A stretch of DNA of 64,000 bases from Longimicrobiales bacterium (GTDB taxonomy: Bacteria > Gemmatimonadota > Gemmatimonadetes > Longimicrobiales > Gaopeijiaceae): positions 2,016,001 to 2,080,000 of the forward strand of contig OZ241892.1 in NCBI GenBank assembly GCA_965203485.1, written 5' to 3'. Below, in pieces: positions 18,503 to 27,485 of the stretch. The translations under genes were made by a program, and so were the position numbers. The notes below the pieces were generated by a model. That model saw only the letters and a list, made by a program, of their open reading frames with translations, was not told the origin of the DNA and searched no databases. Each line of letters opens with the position of its first letter. Positions within the stretch are counted from its first letter, which is position 1.

Positions 18503-21500
18503 ATGCCCGAACGCCCCTCCCTCCTCGACAACCTGGCCGACGCCACCCACCACGGCGACGGCCTCTCCTACCTCGCCGCCGACTTCGACGACCGCCACGC
18601 GCTTTCCGTGGCCACCGGCTACGTCAACCTGGGCGGCCTGTGCCACTTGGCGGCCGTCGCCGAGGGCCGGGGCCGGGAGACTCGGCTGCTGTTGGGCGCC
18701 ATTCCAACGGGCATCGGCGACGAAGTCCCGGCCACGCTGTTCGAACGCACGCTCCTGGCGCTGGGCGAGGAACGCGATCTGTCCCGTTTTCCGCCCAGCC
18801 GGGCGCTGAAGCGGATGCTGGCCGTCGAGGAATGGCTGGACCGGCCCGACGTGGCCGTGCGGCGCTACGTGGACAAGTTCCTCCACGGCAAGGCGTACCT
18901 GTTCGGCAACGCGGAGGACGCGCGCGCGGCGCTGGTGACGTCGGCCAACCTGACTTCGGCGGGCCTTTGGCGGAACCTGGAGCTCGGCCTCGTTCACTAC
19001 GATCCGCCGGTGGCCAAGCGGGCGGTGCAATGGTTCGACGCGCTCTGGGAGGCGTCGGCCGACTTCAAGGACCAGCTCCGCGACCTGCTCTTTCCCGACC
19101 CAGGACTGCTCGACCCGCACACGGTCTACCTGCGCGCCCTGCTGGAGCTCTTCGGCGACGACTTGGACGAGGACGACTCGGCGCCGCAGGCCAGCGAACT
19201 CGATCTGGCGCCGTTCCAGGACGACGGCTTTCGCCGCGCGCTCTCCATCGTACGCAGGCACCGGGGCGTCGTCTACGCGGACGGCGTGGGCACGGGCAAG
19301 ACCGAGATCGGCTTGGCGTTCGTGGAGGAGTACGCGGTGCGGCGCGGCCTTCACGTCCTGGTGGTCGTGCCGGCCCAGCTGCGCAAGCATTGGCGCGAGC
19401 GGCTCGACCAGACGCGGTTGCCCGCGCAGGTGATCAGCTACCAGGAGTTCGCCTCCGACCCGCAGCTCGCCGATCCGGGTCGTCGCTCTCGGCCCGGCAA
19501 CCGCGCGCTCTCCAACGACAAGGACGTCTACAGACTGGTCGTCTTCGACGAGGCTCACGCGCTGCGCAACCCAGCGACGACCTGGTACGGCGCGCTGTCG
19601 CGGTTGCTGGGCGGCGAGCAGAAGGACCTCGTGCTGCTGACCGCCACGCCCATCAACAACGGGCTCTGGGACTTGTACCACCTGGTCATGGCGTTCGCAC
19701 GGCACGACGGGGCGTTCGACGGCGCGGGCATTCGGTCGCTGCGGGACTTGTTCGCGCGGGCCGGCGCCAACCGGACCCACGCCGAAAACCTGAACCCGGA
19801 CGTGCTCTTCGGCTTGGCCGACATGGTGAGCGTGCGGCGCGACCGCGGCTTCATCGTGCGCGAGTATCCCGGCGCGGTCTTTCCCGACGGCACGCCCGTC
19901 GCGTTCCCCGAACCCCGCTTGGCCACGGAGCGCTACGACCTGGACGACGCCGGTCCCGGCCTGGCCACGCACATCGCCGAGCGCATCGACGCGTTGCACA
20001 TGGCGCGCTACTGCCCGAGCCGCTACCACAACAACCGCTCGCTGGAGACCCGCGAAGTCGTGCTCAGCGCCCTGTTGCGGTCGGGCGTGCTGAAGCGGCT
20101 GGAGTCGTGCTGGCACGCGTGCCTGCTGACCGTGAAGCGGATGCTGGCGGCCCACCGAGCCTTTCTGGCGGCGTGGGACGAGGGCTGGGCGCCGGGCGCC
20201 GAATCCCTGCGCGAAGCCGGCGCCGACTTGGACGAATCGGGACTGGCGCAGTGGTTGGCGGGCGCGCTGGCGGAAGACGCGGACTCGGAGCCCGCCGACA
20301 ACTACGACCCCGCCTTTCGCGACCACGTCGAGCACGATCTGGCCCTGCTGGAGGAGATACGGGCGCGCCTGGCCTCGCTGCGGCCCGAGGACGATCCCAA
20401 GCTGGCCCTGCTGCGCCGCGTGCTGGACTCGTCGCCGGCCAAGAAGGTGGCCGTGTTCACGACCTTCGCCGACACGGTGCGCTATCTGGACGACCACTTG
20501 CCGGAGTCCGTCGCCGACCGCGCCCGGATCGCCGTCGTGGGCGCGGAGACGAACCCCGACCAGCGCACCGCCATGCTGTCGCGATTCTGCCCCGACACCG
20601 TCGTGCGCCCCGGATACGAGCCGCCCGAGGGCGAGGTGGACCTGCTGCTGAGCAACGACGTGCTCTCCGAGGGCCAGAACCTGCAGCAGGCGGCGGCCGT
20701 GGTCAGCTACGACATGCCGTGGAACCCGCAGCGCATGGTCCAGCGCTACGGCCGCGTCATTCGCCTCAAGAGCCCCCATGCCGAAGTGCATCTGACCACG
20801 ATGCTCCCCGAACCGGGCGACCTCGAGGTGATCCTCAAGTTGGAGCGCGCGATCCGGCGCAAGATCGTGGCGGCCCAGCCGTTCGGCATGGAAGTGGAAG
20901 TCGTGGACGACGCGGAGGACGAGACGCAGACGTACGCGGCCCGATTGGCAGACGGCGACGCCGCGCTGCTCGACGAAGCGGGGGGCGGGCCGGGCGGCGC
21001 CGAGAACGCGGGCAGCCCCAGCAGCGAGGCGTTGCGAGCCGAGCTGCGCCGCGAGCTTGCCGAGGGCCGGGGAGACGAGTTGCGGAAGTTGCCCTGGGGA
21101 GTGGGCGCTGCGTTTCGGCAGGGTCCGGGCGTGCCGTCGGCCGGGGCGCCCGGGGTCTTCTTCGCCTGCCGGGTGCGGGGCGAACGCTGCTGGCGCTATG
21201 TCGACGGCCACGGCGTGCTGTCGGAGCCGGCGGCGATCCTGCGGCGCATCGATCCCGGCTCGGCGCCCGGCCTGGATCTCGGCGGCGACGGCGCAGGCCC
21301 GAGCTCCGGCGGCGGTTTCCGCCCTGCTGCCGGCGAAGACGCGGAGTTCGACCTGGAAGCGGCATGGACCAAGGCCGCCGCGTCCATTGTGGAGACGTGC
21401 AATGCGGATGCGACAGGCGCGGCCGCTCCGCTCCGGTCCGCCGGCGAGATCCAGAACTGGGCGCTGGCCCTGCTCGCCGATCCCTCGGTCGCCGTGCCGC

Positions 21501-21823
21501 CCGGCGGCGATACCGCGTACGAGGCCCTGCGCGTCGGCCGCAGCCAGCCCGTCCGCCGGGCACTGGGCCGGATCAAGCGCGAAGCCGAACGCAACGAGAT
21601 CACCCGCAACGACGCCGCGCTCCGCATCGCCGAAGTGGTCCGCACGTTCGGCCTGCGCACCGTGGAGCCGCCCGCGGCGCGGTCTCCGGTCACCGAGGAC
21701 GACGTGGGCGTGGTCTGCTGGATGGCCGTGTGCGCGCCGCCCGCCCAAGGGAGTTCCTTCAGCGAGCCGGAAGGCGGAACCGACGGGGATGCTCCTGAAG
21801 GCCGCCGCCACAACCCCCGTTGA
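18503..21823 (+). CDS. PLD-domain + SNF2/SF2 helicase
   Basis: VATGYVN, FLHGKAY..TSANLT..N.ELG (PLD); ADGVGTGKT, FDEAH, LTATP, SEGQNLQ, PWNPQRMVQRYGRV. Confidence 0.9.
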   Translation: MPERPSLLDNLADATHHGDGLSYLAADFDDRHALSVATGYVNLGGLCHLAAVAEGRGRETRLLLGAIPTGIGDEVPATLFERTLLALGEERDLSRFPPSRALKRMLAVEEWLDRPDVAVRRYVDKFLHGKAYLFGNAEDARAALVTSANLTSAGLWRNLELGLVHYDPPVAKRAVQWFDALWEASADFKDQLRDLLFPDPGLLDPHTVYLRALLELFGDDLDEDDSAPQASELDLAPFQDDGFRRALSIVRRHRGVVYADGVGTGKTEIGLAFVEEYAVRRGLHVLVVVPAQLRKHWRERLDQTRLPAQVISYQEFASDPQLADPGRRSRPGNRALSNDKDVYRLVVFDEAHALRNPATTWYGALSRLLGGEQKDLVLLTATPINNGLWDLYHLVMAFARHDGAFDGAGIRSLRDLFARAGANRTHAENLNPDVLFGLADMVSVRRDRGFIVREYPGAVFPDGTPVAFPEPRLATERYDLDDAGPGLATHIAERIDALHMARYCPSRYHNNRSLETREVVLSALLRSGVLKRLESCWHACLLTVKRMLAAHRAFLAAWDEGWAPGAESLREAGADLDESGLAQWLAGALAEDADSEPADNYDPAFRDHVEHDLALLEEIRARLASLRPEDDPKLALLRRVLDSSPAKKVAVFTTFADTVRYLDDHLPESVADRARIAVVGAETNPDQRTAMLSRFCPDTVVRPGYEPPEGEVDLLLSNDVLSEGQNLQQAAAVVSYDMPWNPQRMVQRYGRVIRLKSPHAEVHLTTMLPEPGDLEVILKLERAIRRKIVAAQPFGMEVEVVDDAEDETQTYAARLADGDAALLDEAGGGPGGAENAGSPSSEALRAELRRELAEGRGDELRKLPWGVGAAFRQGPGVPSAGAPGVFFACRVRGERCWRYVDGHGVLSEPAAILRRIDPGSAPGLDLGGDGAGPSSGGGFRPAAGEDAEFDLEAAWTKAAASIVETCNADATGAAAPLRSAGEIQNWALALLADPSVAVPPGGDTAYEALRVGRSQPVRRALGRIKREAERNEITRNDAALRIAEVVRTFGLRTVEPPAARSPVTEDDVGVVCWMAVCAPPAQGSSFSEPEGGTDGDAPEGRRHNPR

Positions 21824-22139
21824 GGGGCCTTCCGGCTAGGCGCGGCCGTCGGGCGCCATGGACGACCCTCCCCCGCTCCCCGCGTCCGGCCGCGGCGCAC
21901 GCTCGCCGGCCAACCGCGTCGGCAAAGGGGTTGCGCTCCGGCGCGGAATTGCGACATTGCGAGCCCCCAAGAGCGGCGCCGACACGCCTCGCGGCAACGG
22001 CTTGCCTCTTGGCGTCGAGCCCGCCGGGGGGGCGCCCGCGCATGCCGTCCACCGCCCCGGCGACGGCCGATCAGAGCCGAACGCGCAACGCCGTGCCCCC
22101 GCAGGCGCGACCGCTTGCCGAACCCGAGGAGCAATCGAC

Positions 22140-23192
22140 ATGGCCGACTTCGCGGCGAACGTGGTTCGAGTCGGGATCGAGGAGCATCCGAACGCCGACG
22201 CGCTGGAGATCGGCAAGGTGAACGACGTGACCGTCATCGTTGCCAAGGGCAAGTACGAGACCGGCGATCTCGCCGCGTACATTCCCGAGGCGGCGATCGT
22301 CCCCGACGACGTCCTCGAGCTGCTGGGCCTTTCCGGCAAGCTGGCCGGAAAGCAGAAGAACAGGGTGAAGGCGATCAAGCTGCGGGGCGTCGTGTCCGGC
22401 GGACTGCTGCACCCGCTCGGCCAGGGGCGGCTGGCGGGCGTCGCGCTGGCCGAGGGAGACGACGTGACGGAACTGCTGGGCTTGGTCAAGTACGAACCGC
22501 CGATCCCGGTGACGATGGCTGGGCAGGTCTTCGCGGCCCAAGGCGCGACGGTCAAGTACGACATCGACAGCATTCGCCGCTACCCCGAGCTTCTGCCCCG
22601 GCAGGCGCCCGTCGTCGTCACGGAAAAGCTTCACGGAACTTGGTGCTGCATGGGCTGGCACCCCGGCTTCGGCGACATTGTGAGTTCGAAGGGCATGAGC
22701 GGCCGCGGGCTGGCTCTTCGCCTGACGGAAGAAAACGAGGGCAACTTGTACGTCCGCGCGTTCCGGGCTTGGGGCGAGTGGCTGGAGGCGGCTCTCGGAC
22801 ACCATCGAAAGTCGGAGATCCCGTACTACGTCCTGGGCGAGGTCTTCGGGCGCGGCGTGCAGGACCTTCACTACGGTCTGCCCAATCCTGGATTCCGCGT
22901 CTTCGACGTGAGGGTCGGCCCCCGCTACCTGCCGTGGCCGGAGGTCGAGGCGCTCGCGGCGGCGGACGGAGGGCCCGGCGTCGTCCCGGTCCTCGGCGTC
23001 GTGGAGGACTGGCCCGAAGCCGAGAAGTACGTCGCCGGCGACACGACCTTGGGGGGCGAGCACGTCCGAGAGGGCGTCGTCATGCGCCTGATGGACGCTT
23101 CTTGGAGCGTAGGCGACTCCGGGGACCGCCCGATCGCGAAGTGGGTCAGCGACGCCTTCCGCGTGCGCAAGGGCGGCACGGACTTCAACTGA
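22140..23192 (+). CDS. RNA ligase (ATP), DRB0094/Rnl5-like family
   Basis: HPNADALE, YIPE, RVKAIKLRG..SGGL, TEKLHGT (motif I), GEVFG, FDV, REGVV; GAGGAG RBS. Confidence 0.88.
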   Translation: MADFAANVVRVGIEEHPNADALEIGKVNDVTVIVAKGKYETGDLAAYIPEAAIVPDDVLELLGLSGKLAGKQKNRVKAIKLRGVVSGGLLHPLGQGRLAGVALAEGDDVTELLGLVKYEPPIPVTMAGQVFAAQGATVKYDIDSIRRYPELLPRQAPVVVTEKLHGTWCCMGWHPGFGDIVSSKGMSGRGLALRLTEENEGNLYVRAFRAWGEWLEAALGHHRKSEIPYYVLGEVFGRGVQDLHYGLPNPGFRVFDVRVGPRYLPWPEVEALAAADGGPGVVPVLGVVEDWPEAEKYVAGDTTLGGEHVREGVVMRLMDASWSVGDSGDRPIAKWVSDAFRVRKGGTDFN

Positions 23193-23353
23193 CGACGAAC
23201 CGTCGGACGAAGGAGGCCAGCGATCAAGGCGTGCGCGAAAGACGTCGGTTGCACCATGCGCCCAGGCGATCTCGCGTGTCCCTGCGTGCGGCGATATCCG
23301 CGCGTCGCGGACCTGGCGGCGAGCCGCAACCACCCGCGCGGACGGGAGCCGGC

Positions 23354-24151
23354 ATGAGCGGGCATCGCGGCTTCGTCACCTATCAGAGCTACCTCAGGCT
23401 TCCCGAGCTGCTGTCTCTCCAGCAACCGCTCGCGGACCCCGAGGAGCACGACGAGATGCTCTTCATCGTCGTCCACCAAGTCTACGAGCTGTGGTTCAAG
23501 GTCCTGCTCCACGAGATGGACGAAGTGGGCGAGCGCCTGGACCGAGGCGAGGCGCACCGGGCCGCCACCGGACTCAAGCGCGTGCTCAAGATCCTCAAGG
23601 TGCTGGTCGCGCAACTGGACATTCTGGAGACGATGACGCCGGTGGACTTCAACTCGTTCCGGCACCGCCTCGAGTCCGCCAGCGGCTTCCAGTCCGCCCA
23701 GTTCAGAGAACTCGAGTTCGTGCTCGGGCACAAGCGGGCGTCCGTCGCGAGCCGGTTTCCGGCCGACTCCGCAGAACGCGACCGCCTGGACGGCCGCTTG
23801 GCCGAGCCCGCGCTCTGGGACCGCTTCCTCGGCTTTCTCGCCGCCCGGGGCTACTCCGTGCCCGCCACGGCGCTGGACCGCGATTTCGCCACGCCCGCCG
23901 CACCCGACGAGCGCGTGCAGGCCGAGCTGGTCCGCATCTACCGGCAGGACCCCGAGCTCACCAGCCTCTGCGAGCAGCTCGTCGATCTGGACGAAGGGGT
24001 CCAGGAGTGGCGCTACCATCACGTCAAGATGGTCGAGCGGACTATCGGCGCGAGGCCGGGAACGGGAGGATCGTCGGGAGCGGCGTACCTCAAGTCCACT
24101 CTGGGGCGGCCCGCGTTCCCCGACCTGTGGGCGATCCGGGTCGCGCTGTGA
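23354..24151 (+). CDS. kynA: Tryptophan 2,3-dioxygenase
   Basis: YQSYLRL..LLSLQ, HDEMLFIVVHQVYELWFK, ASGFQSAQFRELE, VERTIG..PGTGGSSG..YL. Confidence 0.93.
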   Translation: MSGHRGFVTYQSYLRLPELLSLQQPLADPEEHDEMLFIVVHQVYELWFKVLLHEMDEVGERLDRGEAHRAATGLKRVLKILKVLVAQLDILETMTPVDFNSFRHRLESASGFQSAQFRELEFVLGHKRASVASRFPADSAERDRLDGRLAEPALWDRFLGFLAARGYSVPATALDRDFATPAAPDERVQAELVRIYRQDPELTSLCEQLVDLDEGVQEWRYHHVKMVERTIGARPGTGGSSGAAYLKSTLGRPAFPDLWAIRVAL

Positions 24152-24218
24152 CGGGCTCCGTCCACGCCTCCCGGCCCGGACCGTCTCGTCGCGACGGACG
24201 TCGGGACACGTGCAGCAC

Positions 24219-24821
24219 ATGAGCCTCCAAGACGCCATCGCTGACCTACACAGAATCGCGATCGTCGACGGGAAGCCGACATCTACGGCACGATTGCGTG
24301 TATTGGCACAGTTCGTCGTCGACGAACTCGCCCAACGCGGTCTTGTTGGCGCACTCACGGAGGCGTCCGTGGCCGGTGGCGCGAGACGCAAGTCGTGGGA
24401 TGTATCTTGGAATGTAGACGGAAAGCCCAGATTGGTTGTTTCGCTAAAGTCGTTACTCAGGAACCTCGGAGGCACGGTACCAAATCGAATTGACGATCTG
24501 ATTGGTGAAGTAACCAACGTCCAGATGTATTCACCTGAAATTGTGACCGGATACGTCATGGTGTTCAATGTCGCCGAAGACGCGTTCAGTCCGCGGCATC
24601 AATGTACGTGGTCCGAGTTGTTGCGGAATCGCATTCAGCGACTCTCAGGCCGCCGACCGCCGTCGTGGAGCACCGGCATGATTGAAGCGTCGTGGTTTGT
24701 CGAGGTAGACTTTGCGCACGGTCCCCGGATCGTGTCCAGCCAAGAAGGTGGAAGAGGCTTCTTCGATTGCCTGGTCGAACAGGTTCGCAAGAGAAACCCG
24801 TCGATTGGCAAGACATCGTGA
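24219..24821 (+). CDS. PaeR7I/XhoI-like Type II restriction endonuclease
   Basis: GGARRKSWDV...LVVSLKS...NRIDDLIGE (PD-(D/E)xK variant); lower GC; GTGA overlap with the MTase. Confidence 0.7.
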   Translation: MSLQDAIADLHRIAIVDGKPTSTARLRVLAQFVVDELAQRGLVGALTEASVAGGARRKSWDVSWNVDGKPRLVVSLKSLLRNLGGTVPNRIDDLIGEVTNVQMYSPEIVTGYVMVFNVAEDAFSPRHQCTWSELLRNRIQRLSGRRPPSWSTGMIEASWFVEVDFAHGPRIVSSQEGGRGFFDCLVEQVRKRNPSIGKTS

Positions 24822-25777
24822 AGACGATGGCCGCGCTGGTCGACAGGCACTTGCCGAGCGTCGATCTTTCCGAGGCATCCCTGAAGACGACGTTGCCGCA
24901 AGTGGCCAAGAACCCCGAGCAAGTGGCGCGGGTCGCGGACGCCTTGCGGGAGGTGCCGTCGCGGCACCGGATGGTGCGGGGCGACGCGCGGCTCTTGTCG
25001 CGAGTTGTGAAGGAACCGGTCCACTTGGTCGTCACGTCGCCGCCGTACTGGACGCTGAAGGAGTACAAGGACGGCGCCGACCAGCTTGGTCACGTTGCGG
25101 ACTACGACGCGTTCGTGAACGAGGTTGCCAAGGTATGGCGCGAGTGCAACCGCGTGCTGGCGCCTGGAGGCCGTTTGGTCGTCGTAGTGGGCGACGTCTG
25201 CCTTTCTCGGCGGCGGCACGGCCGACATGTGGTCTATCCGCTCCATGCAAGCATCCAGGAATCCTGCCGCAGATTGGGATTCGACAACTTGGCGCCGATC
25301 ATTTGGCACAAGATTGCCAACGCGGACTTCGAGATGGGACCCGGCGGCTTCCTCGGCAAGCCCTACGAACCGAACGCCATCGTCAAGAACGACATCGAGT
25401 TCATTCTCATGCAGCGCAAGCCAGGGGGCTACCGCAGCCCTACGCTCGCGGCGCGGGCCATGAGCGTCATTGCCGAAGCCGACCACCGCAAGTGGTTCCG
25501 TCAGATCTGGACTTTACCGGGCGCATCGACCCGGGACCATCCCGCCCCCTATCCCCTGGAACTCGCCAGCCGTCTCGTGCGCATGTTCTCGTTCGTGGGC
25601 GACACGGTTCTGGATCCGTTCCTGGGAACGGGAACGACGTCGCTTGCCGCCGCCTTGGCCGGCCGCAACAGCGTCGGCATGGAGGTCAGCCCGGACTACC
25701 TCGACCTAGCCCGACGCCGCTTCCTGGCCGAGGGGAACGACATCTTCGGCCTGTGGAACCTGGAGGTCGTGGGGTAG
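24818..25777 (+). CDS. Beta-class N4-C/N6-A site-specific DNA methyltransferase
   Basis: VVTSPPYW before HPAPYP and VLDPFLGTGTT. Confidence 0.9.
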   Translation: MKTMAALVDRHLPSVDLSEASLKTTLPQVAKNPEQVARVADALREVPSRHRMVRGDARLLSRVVKEPVHLVVTSPPYWTLKEYKDGADQLGHVADYDAFVNEVAKVWRECNRVLAPGGRLVVVVGDVCLSRRRHGRHVVYPLHASIQESCRRLGFDNLAPIIWHKIANADFEMGPGGFLGKPYEPNAIVKNDIEFILMQRKPGGYRSPTLAARAMSVIAEADHRKWFRQIWTLPGASTRDHPAPYPLELASRLVRMFSFVGDTVLDPFLGTGTTSLAAALAGRNSVGMEVSPDYLDLARRRFLAEGNDIFGLWNLEVVG

Positions 25778-25944
25778 TCGAAGGCGACGGCGGGGCTTCC
25801 CCCGAACTGCCGGCCAACCGAACTTCCGTCGTGGTCACGCGGTCATGCGTGGCCGCCAGCGCGATTATTATTACGGATTCGGGCTCAAAACGAAATAACG
25901 CTCATCCTTATTCAAGAAAATGCAGGCAAAACGGAATAAGGGGG

Positions 25945-27156
25945 CTATTGGGAGGGGCGGTGCCCGGCTCCAAGTCGCCTTGAAACGTTCCGAGACCCGG
26001 CGAAGGCTTCCAACAGTCCGCGCCCCGGCGCCAAGTTCAGCAGGAATTCCTCGGCGGGCACGCACCAGATGCCGTTGATGCGGAGACGTTCGCGGCCGCG
26101 GTGGAGGAGCACGGCGTTCGCCTCGGGGTAGTCGTCCGTGAACGCCCGCAACGGACGCAAGTGCCGGGGGTCGACCTTCGACCGGTTCTTGACCTCGATG
26201 GCATGGATGCCGTCGTCGTCGTAGACCACGAAGTCGACTTCGGCGCCCGCCTGGGTCCGCCAGTAGTGCAGGCTCGCGCCACGGTCCGAGTACGCGGCCC
26301 AAGCCCGCAGGTGCTGGGCCACCAATCCCTCGAGCGCTTGGCCGTCGATCTCCCCGGGGCGGTCCAATGGTCCCTTGGGACGCAACGACCGAAAGACTCC
26401 GGCGTCGAACAAGTAGAGCTTTCGGCGGGCTGCCGTGGCGCGCTTGGCGCGCTTTCGGAAGACCGGCAGCTGAAAGGCCAGCAGCAGGTCCTCCAATATC
26501 TCGATCCAGCGGGCGGCCGCCTTGCGCTCGACTTCGCACTCTCGGGCCATCGCCGACACGTTCAGCACGGCCCCGTGCGAGAAGCTCGCCGCTTCCAGGA
26601 ATCGCGCGAAAGCGCCCACGTTGCGGGTCATCCCCTCGGCGCGGACTTCCTGTTCCAGGTACAAGCTGGCGTAGGCGCCCAACGTCGCCGCCGGGTCGGG
26701 GGCCGCCACCGCCAGCGGCAACAGCCCGATCCGCAACGCGGCCTCCAGCGAGAAGCCGGGAAGCTCGGAGGCCATGAACGGGTGCAGGGTGCGCAACAGG
26801 GCCCGCCCTCCCAGCAGGTCCGGCCCTCCCCGCCGCAACTTGCGCGCACTGGAGCCCGTGAGCACGAACCGGAACGGAGAGGGTTCCTCCAGCAACGCGT
26901 GGACCACGGTCAGGAGCTCCGGTATTCTCTGGACCTCGTCGATCACGACGGTGTCGGCGGCCGACGACCCGGCCAACAGATCGCGCAGGCGCTCGGGACG
27001 AGCGGCCAACCTACGGTGCAGGGCCGGCTCCAAGAGGTCGAGATGAAGGGCGCGCGGGAGTTCGTGCCTCAGCCAAGTGGACTTGCCGGTGCCGCGCGGT
27101 CCGAAGAGGAAGCAACTCTGCGTCGGAATGCGGAAGAATCGTCTCGTGATGTCCAT
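25945..27156 (-). CDS. AAA_14 + DUF4143 ATPase
   Basis: LFGPRGTGKST, IDEVQ, LTGSSAR, KLYLFDAG, YWRT..GAEVDFV, AIEVK. Confidence 0.9.
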   Translation of the reverse strand: MDITRRFFRIPTQSCFLFGPRGTGKSTWLRHELPRALHLDLLEPALHRRLAARPERLRDLLAGSSAADTVVIDEVQRIPELLTVVHALLEEPSPFRFVLTGSSARKLRRGGPDLLGGRALLRTLHPFMASELPGFSLEAALRIGLLPLAVAAPDPAATLGAYASLYLEQEVRAEGMTRNVGAFARFLEAASFSHGAVLNVSAMARECEVERKAAARWIEILEDLLLAFQLPVFRKRAKRATAARRKLYLFDAGVFRSLRPKGPLDRPGEIDGQALEGLVAQHLRAWAAYSDRGASLHYWRTQAGAEVDFVVYDDDGIHAIEVKNRSKVDPRHLRPLRAFTDDYPEANAVLLHRGRERLRINGIWCVPAEEFLLNLAPGRGLLEAFAGSRNVSRRLGAGHRPSQ

Positions 27157-27175
27157 TTTCAGTCCAAAAATGGAC
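27151..27175. promoter_or_regulatory. 9-bp inverted repeat overlapping the AAA/DUF4143 start codon
   Basis: GTCCATTTT-N7-AAAATGGAC. Confidence 0.45.
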
Positions 27176-27485
27176 ATTCCGAGGGCAGATGTCAACGGCG
27201 CGCCGACGACGAATGACGCGCGCGGAGGCGACGGCGGCTTGGCGAATCGCAGGCGCGTTCCATAAGATGCTTGGCGACCACGGCCGATCTGCGACCGTCC
27301 GTCCACGCGAAACGCCGCGATCGATCGAGCGCCATGGCCGAACCGCCAGCAACGCCTGACGCCCCTGCCCCAGCCCAGGACTCCGGCCCGTCATCGATTC
27401 CATCCTGAGCCAGACCCGCCGCCCCACCACGTCCGCGGCCGAAGAGATTCTCGGGGGCTACTTTCCGGCGCTCGACCACGGCTTC

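Noticed and set aside
18200..21811. Very long opposite-strand and alternate-frame ORFs (1203 aa, 1144 aa; similar ones at 28142-30865, 36598-39282, 60188-63433)
   Set aside because: Shadow ORFs from high GC and codon bias; Arg/Gly/Pro-rich, no motifs, overlapping well-supported genes
16120..21860. Possible invertible segment that would reunite the helicase and the MTase
   Set aside because: No inverted repeats found by eye at plausible endpoints, and no recombinase in the window
21824..22139. Structured ncRNA or riboswitch upstream of the RNA ligase
   Set aside because: GC-rich pairing is expected by chance; no recognisable family motif
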